Part shown: piece by piece, positions 24,420 to 32,000 of the stretch | How the letters are laid out: each line of letters begins with the position of its first letter | Numbering within the stretch: position 1 is the stretch's first letter | Source of the DNA: Candidatus Saccharimonadota bacterium | Lineage (GTDB): Bacteria > Patescibacteriota > Saccharimonadia > Saccharimonadales > Saccharimonadaceae | Reading direction: 5' to 3' | Assembly (NCBI GenBank): GCA_002421785.1 | Contig: DIRZ01000003.1 | Location: 120,001 to 152,000, forward strand | Length of the DNA stretch: 32,000 nucleotides | Made by a program: the position numbers and the translations under genes | The notes under the pieces: generated by a model | What the model was told of the DNA's origin: nothing | The model's database searches: none | Seen by the model: only the letters and a program-made list of their open reading frames with translations

Positions 24420-26859
24420 CGATTATTTCCCCTTTACGTGTCGTTACTTCTAGTATAGCGCCTTTTGTGTAATTTCCCGATAGTACGCCTTCAGCAATTT
24501 GGTGCTCCAGCTCGTCTTCGATAACGCGCCGCAGCGGACGTGCGCCGTATTTTGCACTATACCCTCGGCCGATCAAATGCTTTTTCGCTGCGGGTTTTAC
24601 TGCCAGGCCCAGGCCTTGACGAACGAGTCGCTGGCGCAGCTCTTCGATCTGGAGGTCGAATATTTTACCGACCTCTTGACGAGTGAGCGCGCGAAAGGTA
24701 ACAATTCCGTCAAAACGGTTGATAAGCTCGGGACGCATGAACTTTTCGAGCGCTTCACGCGTAAGTTTTTCATTACGCTGATGGAGATTTTCGAGTTCAC
24801 TGTCTTTCTGGGTCGACGCGTGGAAGCCCAGACTACTCTCTTTCATCATCTTATCGGCACCCAGGTTGCTGGTAAGTATCACAATCGTATTCCTAAAGCT
24901 GACGGCACGGCCCTTGGCATCAGTGAGCGTGCCATCTTCTAGAAGTTGCAGGAGCAACTGGAAGACATCTGGGTGAGCCTTTTCTATTTCGTCAAACAAT
25001 ACAACGCTATAGGGTTGCCGGCGAATTTTGTCGGTTAACTTGCCGCCATCTTCATAGCCAACATATCCCGCGGGCGCACCAACGAGGCGGCTGGTTGTGT
25101 GCTTTTCACCAAACTCGCTCATGTCGATTTTTATCAGGGCATCACTACTGCCGAACACTTCTCGTGCGAGCACCTTCGCAAGTTCTGTCTTTCCCACACC
25201 AGTCGGACCCATAAACACAAAGCTGCCGATAGGACGTTTTTGGCTCGCCACACCACTTCGCGTACGACGAATTGCCCGCGACACTTTTGTAACTGCTTCA
25301 TGCTGACCAATAATGTACTTGCCCAGGTGTTGCTCGAGGTGTCGGAGCAGTTTGGCCTCACTTGTTTGAACTTTTTCAGCAGGTATTCGCGTAATAGCGG
25401 CGATTGCATGAGCGATGTCATCTTCGGTTAGAACGATGGCATTTTTGGCCTCCATAGCTTCGCGCTCTGTTTCGAGGCGATCATTAATCTGACTGATGCG
25501 TTGCTTATATAAGGCGGCACGCTCGTAGTCTTCGCTTGCAACCGATTCTTCCATCTTTTCATTCAAGCCCTTTAGCTCCTTGAGCAATTCGCGGTGGCGA
25601 CTGGGGCGGTGCCCTTGCTTTACGCGTACACGGGCTGCTGCTTCATCGATGACGTCAATGGCTTTATCGGGCATAAAGCGATCGGCGATATAGCGGTCGC
25701 TCATATACACGGCGCTTTCCAGTACTTCGTCACTCATACTTACGCCGTGATGTTTCTCGTAGTACTTCCGAAGGCCCTTCAGAATGGCAAGTGTTTCCTT
25801 TGGCGTCGGCTCCTTAACCACAATGGCCTGGAATCGTCGCTCAAGCGCAGTATCTTTCTCGATGTGTTTTCGGTATTCATCAAGGGTTGTGGCGCCAATC
25901 ATGTGCAGCTCTCCACGCGCTAGCGCCGGTTTGAGGATGTTTGCCGCGTCCATACTACCTTCTGCCGCCCCTGCGCCAACAAGCAAGTGCAACTCGTCGA
26001 TAAAGACAATCACGTTCCCTTGTTTTTTAATTTCGTTCACGACTTTTTTCAGTCGATCTTCGAACTCTCCACGATATTTCGTTCCGGCGATCATCGCAGC
26101 CATGTCAAGCATAACCACACGTCGATCAAGCAAATGATCAGGTACTTCTTCGTGCACAATACGCTGAGCAAGCCCCTCAACAATGGCGGTTTTACCAACT
26201 CCAGGCTCACCAATTAGTACGGGATTATTTTTAGTGCGCCGGCTTAAAATAGTGATGAGCCGCTCAACTTCCTTTGCTCGGCCAATCATTGCATCAAGTT
26301 CCCCTGCCGCTGCTTTGCTGGTCAGGTCAATACCATACGTACTAAGCGCGCCACCGCGTACGGTTTTTTGCTTGGGCTCAGTAGCTACATCGCCGTGCTC
26401 ACCGCGCGTTCTGTCGAAGTAGTTTTCCAGCTCGCTCATTACGTCGTCGATATCGACATTTAATTCGCGCAGTAGCACTGTTGCGCGTGCATTATTTTGC
26501 TTCAAAAGGCTATACAGAATGTGCTCAGTCCCTAGAAAGTCCTGATTAAATTCTTGTGCCGCCTCCCAGCCCATTCGTAGCGTCAGAAGCGCCGTTTCGC
26601 TCAAACCAACAGCACCAGTGCTAACAGCGACCCGCTTGGGCTCAATGCCAAGGGCTTGCTCAGCACGTGGTAGCGTTACGCCTGCGTCTGCCAGCACCTT
26701 CGCGCCCATGCTACTCCCTTGAGCAAGTAGTCCGAGTAGCAGGTGCTCAGTTCCGATGTATGGATTGCCACTTCCACGAGCAATCATGTCCGCACTTTGT
26801 ACGCTCGCGCGTGCATTGTCGGTTAAGTGTGAAATAAAATCTGCAAAATCTTCAGGCAT
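24379..26859 (-). CDS. clpC: ATP-dependent Clp protease ATP-binding subunit ClpC
   Basis: 826 aa with Clp N repeats, two AAA+ modules ([15 protein letters not shown]; [12 protein letters not shown]), a UVR-like linker and an LGF ClpP-docking loop. Confidence 0.92.
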   Translation of the reverse strand: MPEDFADFISHLTDNARASVQSADMIARGSGNPYIGTEHLLLGLLAQGSSMGAKVLADAGVTLPRAEQALGIEPKRVAVSTGAVGLSETALLTLRMGWEAAQEFNQDFLGTEHILYSLLKQNNARATVLLRELNVDIDDVMSELENYFDRTRGEHGDVATEPKQKTVRGGALSTYGIDLTSKAAAGELDAMIGRAKEVERLITILSRRTKNNPVLIGEPGVGKTAIVEGLAQRIVHEEVPDHLLDRRVVMLDMAAMIAGTKYRGEFEDRLKKVVNEIKKQGNVIVFIDELHLLVGAGAAEGSMDAANILKPALARGELHMIGATTLDEYRKHIEKDTALERRFQAIVVKEPTPKETLAILKGLRKYYEKHHGVSMSDEVLESAVYMSDRYIADRFMPDKAIDVIDEAAARVRVKQGHRPSRHRELLKELKGLNEKMEESVASEDYERAALYKQRISQINDRLETEREAMEAKNAIVLTEDDIAHAIAAITRIPAEKVQTSEAKLLRHLEQHLGKYIIGQHEAVTKVSRAIRRTRSGVASQKRPIGSFVFMGPTGVGKTELAKVLAREVFGSSDALIKIDMSEFGEKHTTSRLVGAPAGYVGYEDGGKLTDKIRRQPYSVVLFDEIEKAHPDVFQLLLQLLEDGTLTDAKGRAVSFRNTIVILTSNLGADKMMKESSLGFHASTQKDSELENLHQRNEKLTREALEKFMRPELINRFDGIVTFRALTRQEVGKIFDLQIEELRQRLVRQGLGLAVKPAAKKHLIGRGYSAKYGARPLRRVIEDELEHQIAEGVLSGNYTKGAILEVTTRKGEIIVEQRTESRGAETS

Positions 26860-26898
26860 ATATCCTCCGTCGGGCGCCTATCCACCCTTGTAATCCAT

Positions 26899-26928
26899 AT
26901 TGTACCAAAAATAATTAGCACTCGTCAA
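26899..26928 (-). promoter_or_regulatory. clpC promoter
   Basis: The reverse strand reads TTGACG-agtgctaattatttttgg(18)-TACAAT, followed by GGAGG 4 nt before ATG 26859. Confidence 0.6.
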
Positions 26929-26941
26929 GTGAGAGTGCTAA
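26915..26941. promoter_or_regulatory. CIRCE element (HrcA operator), perfect consensus
   Basis: TTAGCACTC-gtcaagtga(9)-GAGTGCTAA matches the established CIRCE consensus TTAGCACTC-N9-GAGTGCTAA at 18 of 18 arm positions. It overlaps the -35 of the clpC promoter. Confidence 0.85.
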
Positions 26942-27006
26942 TTACCTTACTAGTTTTACTTCATTCTATACAAACAAAGGATTGCCACAGCAAGCGAAAC
27001 GGTGAA

Positions 27007-28125
27007 CTATTCGCCTTGTTCGTTGATAGCACTGAACAAATCGTCTTCGATGTTCTTCTTCACCTTCTTTTCAGCAGGCTTAGCAATCGCCGTTTCAATG
27101 TCAAGCTCATAGCCTGTTAGACGGCTTGCCAATCGAACGTTCTGGCCACCACGACCAATGGCAATGCTTTGCTGGTCTTCGGTAACAAATACTTTTGCTC
27201 GCTTTGCTTCTTTGTCAATTTCAACTTTTACAACTTCAGCTGGGCTCAGTGCATTACGGATATATGTGTCGATATTTTCATCATAGGTGACAATATCAAT
27301 CTTTTCCTGATCGCCAATTTCATTCATGACCGCATTTACACGCGTACCATGGCCGCCAACGAAGGTACCGACAGGATCTACACCTGGCACGGTGCTCGCA
27401 ACTGCAAGCTTAGTACGACGACCAGCTTCACGGGCGATCCCCTTAATTTCAACGGCGCCTGTTTCCATTTCTGGAACTTCTTGACGGAAAAGATATTCAA
27501 CGAATGCTTCGTTACCACGGCTGAGAATAAGCTGTGGGCCGCGATTGTCGCGCTCAATGTCTTTAATAAACACTTTAATTCGGCTACCGACGCTGTAAAA
27601 CTCACCCTGAATCTGTTCACTCTGTGGCAAGATGCCGGTTGCTTTGCCCATTTCAACACGAACAACACGTGGCTCTACGCGCTGAACAATACCGGTCACC
27701 ACGGTGCCAATCTTGTCTTCGAATTCAGTCAGCACGACTTCACGCTCTGCTTCACGAAGGCGCTGTAATACAACTTGCTTAGCGGTCTGTGCGGCAACAC
27801 GGCCAAAGCTGGTTACTTGATGCTTTTCTTCGATGATATCACCAAATTCAGCATCCTTCTTCACTTTTTTTGCATCTTCGAGGCTGATTTCGACAGCATC
27901 GCTACCGACCAGCTCAACAACTTCGCGCTGGACAAATACGTTTGCCGTTCCATCGTTTACATTCAGTTCAGCGCGCACATCCTGGTCGCGCTCGCCGTTG
28001 TCGCGTCGCCAAGCGGCAGCAATTGCCTGCTCAATAACACTCAATACTGTTTCTTCTGGCAAGTTCTTTTCTTCTGCAATGGTACGCACAGCAAGTGTAA
28101 GCTGTTTGATGTTCAAATCTTCCAT
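27007..28125 (-). CDS. nusA: Transcription termination/antitermination factor NusA
   Basis: 372 aa with the N-terminal domain, an S1 domain (GIVQRVEPRVVRVEMG) and two KH domains (GRGGQNVRLASRLTGYELDI). Confidence 0.92.
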   Translation of the reverse strand: MEDLNIKQLTLAVRTIAEEKNLPEETVLSVIEQAIAAAWRRDNGERDQDVRAELNVNDGTANVFVQREVVELVGSDAVEISLEDAKKVKKDAEFGDIIEEKHQVTSFGRVAAQTAKQVVLQRLREAEREVVLTEFEDKIGTVVTGIVQRVEPRVVRVEMGKATGILPQSEQIQGEFYSVGSRIKVFIKDIERDNRGPQLILSRGNEAFVEYLFRQEVPEMETGAVEIKGIAREAGRRTKLAVASTVPGVDPVGTFVGGHGTRVNAVMNEIGDQEKIDIVTYDENIDTYIRNALSPAEVVKVEIDKEAKRAKVFVTEDQQSIAIGRGGQNVRLASRLTGYELDIETAIAKPAEKKVKKNIEDDLFSAINEQGE

Positions 28126-28197
28126 TATATTTTTCCTTTCATTATCAAAGTTTTGTTACGAAAATATCCGACCTGCCGGCCGGATCTGTACCTTTTC

Positions 28198-28226
28198 AAT
28201 ATACGCCTTCAGCAAGCATAAGTCAA
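28198..28226 (-). promoter_or_regulatory. nusA promoter
   Basis: The reverse strand reads TTGACT-tatgcttgctgaaggcg(17)-TATATT, about 70 nt upstream of ATG 28125. Confidence 0.6.
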
Positions 28227-28247
28227 CTGCACCTATACAGACCCCCC

Positions 28248-28481
28248 CTAGGGGGCGGGATTGGTAAGTGAAGCCACCGTCACAACTGACCACGATTGGC
28301 CCTTGGGAAGCTGGTTTTGACGCGTGTGGTAGCAGCAATCACTAAAGCTCCCCACGATGTCGGTCGTCTCCCTCAGTGCCTCAAGGGCACCATTTAGCAG
28401 ACGAGTCTCGGTAACGAGCAGGAGCGTGTAGGGCACGATGCCGGTACCAGGAGTACGTCGGCACCGCGTGGGCTCAACCAT
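28248..28481 (-). CDS. Hypothetical protein, GC-rich islet e (77 aa); coding status uncertain
   Basis: ORF 28248..28571 trimmed to ATG 28481, which has GAGAGGA 6 nt upstream. The sequence is MVEPTRCRRTPGTGIVPYTLLLVTETRLLNGALEALRETTDIVGSFSDCCYHTRQNQLPKGQSWSVVTVASLTNPAP. Its stop lies inside the palindrome CCCCCTAGGGGG (28244..28255). It could instead be a structured RNA. Confidence 0.35.
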   Translation of the reverse strand: MVEPTRCRRTPGTGIVPYTLLLVTETRLLNGALEALRETTDIVGSFSDCCYHTRQNQLPKGQSWSVVTVASLTNPAP

Positions 28482-28544
28482 GAGCGTTCCTCTCACTATC
28501 AGAGCTAGGCAAGTCGCAGCAAAATACTTTTGACCTAAACACAC

Positions 28545-28571
28545 ATTATACTCTTTTTTGATATTTGTCAA
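28545..28571 (-). promoter_or_regulatory. Candidate promoter of islet e (short 15-nt spacer)
   Basis: The reverse strand reads gTATTGACA-aatatcaaaaaagag(15)-TATAAT. Its -35 shares nucleotides with the queA -35 on the other strand. Confidence 0.45.
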
Positions 28572-28594
28572 TACTGCCGTCGGTGGGCTATACT
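28565..28594 (+). promoter_or_regulatory. queA promoter (leaderless-type)
   Basis: TTGTCA-atactgccgtcggtgggc(18)-TATACT, then 8 nt to ATG 28603 with no SD. Confidence 0.5.
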
Positions 28595-28602
28595 ATTGCA
28601 AT

Positions 28603-29631
28603 ATGAATCTGTCTGATTTCTACTACGATATCCCAGAAGCCCTCGTGGCAACTGAGCCACCCAAAGAACGCGGAGATGCGCGGCTACTTGTACTTGACCG
28701 GGACACAGGCGCGATTACTGATAGGACTTACGCAGACGTCACCGAGTACCTCAACCCGGGTGATGTGCTAGTGATTAACGACACGAAGGTAATAAAAGCG
28801 CGCCTTATAGCGACAAAGCCTAGTGGCGGCGAGCGCGAGCTTGTCCTCGTCGAAAAGCATGGCCGTAGCGACGACTGGCATACGCACAAGGTGCTCTACC
28901 GGCGGAAACTTAAAGAAGGCGATGAACTCTACGTCGGGGACAATAAACTTATCGTCGAACGTATCTTAGGTGATGGCCTGGCGATTGTTCAGAGCAGCCG
29001 CGATCTACTCGAAATCGCCGAGGAGCACGGTTCGGTGCCGCTCCCTCCCTACATGCATCGAGATGCCACCGAGGCAGACGTGGAACGCTACCAGACGATT
29101 TTTGCGCGCGAACAAGGTAGCGTTGCTGCACCAACCGCTAGCCTAAATATGACAGCTGAGACCCTTGCTGCTTTGCAGGCAAAAGGAATTGTTGTCACGT
29201 ACGCCACGCTCCACGTGGGGCTTGGCACGTTTTTGCCAATTCGCGTCGACGACCTGACTGATCATAAAATGCATAAAGAATACTTTGAAGTGCCTGCGAC
29301 TACCATTCAAGCAATTCGCGAGGCAAAGGCAGGCGGTCATAGAGTAGTAGCGCTCGGGACAACCGTCACTCGAACGCTCGAGTACGCGCACGAACAAATC
29401 CTGGCGGGGCCAACCGTAGATATCTCTGGAGAAGCAGATATATTTATGTACCCCGGCTATGAGTTTAAGACAATCGATGGGCTACTCACTAATTTTCACA
29501 TGCCGGAGAGTACGGTCCTGATGCTCACCGCTGCTTTTGCTGGCTGGGACAAGCTAGGGCCTGCGTACGAGCACGCTGTTGCGCAGGAATATCATTTCTT
29601 TAGCTACGGCGATAGCATGCTTATCCTATAA
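28603..29631 (+). CDS. queA: S-adenosylmethionine:tRNA ribosyltransferase-isomerase QueA
   Basis: ORF 28558..29631 trimmed to MNLSDFYYDIPEALVATEP. Later motifs include VPLPPYM, ERYQTIFA, GSVAAPTASLN and GTTVTRTLE. Confidence 0.92.
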   Translation: MNLSDFYYDIPEALVATEPPKERGDARLLVLDRDTGAITDRTYADVTEYLNPGDVLVINDTKVIKARLIATKPSGGERELVLVEKHGRSDDWHTHKVLYRRKLKEGDELYVGDNKLIVERILGDGLAIVQSSRDLLEIAEEHGSVPLPPYMHRDATEADVERYQTIFAREQGSVAAPTASLNMTAETLAALQAKGIVVTYATLHVGLGTFLPIRVDDLTDHKMHKEYFEVPATTIQAIREAKAGGHRVVALGTTVTRTLEYAHEQILAGPTVDISGEADIFMYPGYEFKTIDGLLTNFHMPESTVLMLTAAFAGWDKLGPAYEHAVAQEYHFFSYGDSMLIL

Positions 29632-29636
29632 AAAGT

Positions 29637-29675
29637 GCTCGTGCCATCACTGCTTGTTGCAGCGACGGCACGAGC
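29637..29675. terminator. GC-rich hairpin shared by convergent queA and islet-f ORF
   Basis: GCTCGTGCC-(21 nt with inner CTGC/GCAG)-GGCACGAGC is a 9-bp perfect outer stem. Confidence 0.55.
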
Positions 29676-29689
29676 CTCACCGGCGAGCC

Positions 29690-30001
29690 CTACAGGAACA
29701 GGGAGATGATCGAGTCGGGCTCTGCTAGAACACGGTCAACGGCAGCGAGGCCGAGTGCGGTCAGCGTCCACTGCCCGTCGATGCTGACAAGCAGCCCGCC
29801 AACCTGCAGGTTCGCAAGGGAGTCGGCCTTGACCGAATCCGGACGAGCATCGATGAAGAGCATCGGCGTCGTGTTCATCTGGCCGCGCCGCTGATACTCG
29901 GACAGCTGCACCGCGTAGATGCCGCCGACGATGTCGTCGCGCAGGACCTGCGCGGCCTCCTCGATGTCAGTGTCGGCCAGTAGGGGTTCTTGGGTGGCCA
30001 T
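29690..30001 (-). CDS. Hypothetical protein, GC-rich islet f (103 aa, possible winged-helix C-terminus)
   Basis: ORF 29690..30016 trimmed to the second ATG (30001), which has GAGAGGAG 5 nt upstream. The codons are G/C-ending. The C-terminal ADSLANLQVGGLLVSIDGQWTLTALGLAAV resembles a recognition-helix plus wing pattern, which is a weak impression. Confidence 0.6.
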   Translation of the reverse strand: MATQEPLLADTDIEEAAQVLRDDIVGGIYAVQLSEYQRRGQMNTTPMLFIDARPDSVKADSLANLQVGGLLVSIDGQWTLTALGLAAVDRVLAEPDSIISLFL

Positions 30002-30037
30002 AGCCACTCCTCTCATTTGTAGGTACGAGGTGTTCTA

Positions 30038-30066
30038 TTTATATCATAGTTTTACGTAATTATCAA
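30038..30066 (-). promoter_or_regulatory. Promoter of islet-f ORF
   Basis: The reverse strand reads aTATTGATA-attacgtaaaactatga(17)-TATAAA. Confidence 0.55.
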
Positions 30067-30123
30067 TATATGCCGCCTCTGTTGCGCTCTTTACACCTAC
30101 TGTCCGCATTGTATACTATAGAA

Positions 30124-30630
30124 ATGATGATAACTCCCGATAAACTTTCCGAACAATTGATGCAATACGCGGCACCTACTGTAGCAATGATGGTGGGGGT
30201 TCCTGGCAGCGGTAAATCATACCTCGCCCAGCAGCTTGGTGAACAGCTGCAGTGGCCCGTGCTCTCCAGCGACGGCATGCGCTTTGAGCTAACGGGTGAC
30301 GAGAACGATTTATCGCGTGACAGCGAGGTGCGGCCGTTGCTATTCAAGAGAGCCGAGCAGCTTATCGCTCGCGATAGCTCGTTCATTGTCGACGCCACTC
30401 ACAACAGGCAAACACTGCGTCAAGGTGATGTTGGCTACTACCGGATACTCGGTGCACGTAGCGTCGCGGGTATTTACGTCGATACACCCCTACCCATATG
30501 TATTGAGCGCAACGCCACTCGTAGTCGTATTGTACCGACGTTTATTATAGAAGAATTTTGGAATAATCTGAGCCAGAATCCCCCAAGTAAAGATGACGGC
30601 TTCGACGCTGTATACACGGTTGCGCCGTAG
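30124..30630 (+). CDS. P-loop kinase (AAA_33 / polynucleotide-kinase-like ATP-binding protein)
   Basis: ORF 30070..30630 trimmed to MMITPDK, with TATACT 6 nt upstream. It has the Walker A motif GVPGSGKS and DATHNRQTLRQ, resembling the kinase domains of PNK/zeta-like proteins. Confidence 0.65.
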   Translation: MMITPDKLSEQLMQYAAPTVAMMVGVPGSGKSYLAQQLGEQLQWPVLSSDGMRFELTGDENDLSRDSEVRPLLFKRAEQLIARDSSFIVDATHNRQTLRQGDVGYYRILGARSVAGIYVDTPLPICIERNATRSRIVPTFIIEEFWNNLSQNPPSKDDGFDAVYTVAP

Positions 30631-30641
30631 CCTTGCTATAA

Positions 30642-32000
<1,359 letters not shown>

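Noticed and set aside
28244-28500. Islet e as a known housekeeping RNA (RNase P RNA, SRP/4.5S RNA, tmRNA, 6S)
   Set aside because: I looked for GAGGAAAGUCC-type RNase P motifs, the SRP GGAAGCAGCC helix-8 motif and a tmRNA CCA-ending tRNA-like domain, and found none. An unknown RNA is still possible (see findings).

Overview
The backbone is about 48% GC, compact and mostly housekeeping. Its genes are tig (partial), a type IV pilin, hisS, a TrmH-family methylase, a histidine phosphatase, an FAD oxidase, two tRNA-Leu, rsmD, recG, a HAD hydrolase, tyrS, a class A PBP, a PIN/TRAM protein, radA, clpC, nusA, queA and tgt. The gene content, Gram-positive-like clpC/radA/yacL synteny, tiny intergenic gaps and many apparently leaderless starts suggest a streamlined CPR/Saccharibacteria-like genome; this is inference, not proof. 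The main signal is six short islets of much higher GC with strongly G/C-ending, actinobacteria-like codons, each carrying one ORF plus a GC-only hairpin. Five of them lie directly behind AT-rich, near-consensus sigma70-type promoters that share an extended -35 (TATTGAYW). One of these promoters has been cut off from its ORF by an IS30-family element. The sixth islet is a mosaic scar: a 72-codon pyrF 5' fragment, a start-less 3' gene fragment, and an intact orphan ThiF/E1-like adenylyltransferase. Other notable features are a partial tRNA-Leu 3' duplication split by an 87-nt structured insert with its own terminator, and a perfect CIRCE operator overlapping the clpC promoter. No CRISPR array or rRNA was seen. 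All calls come from reading the sequence and ORF track, with no database search.
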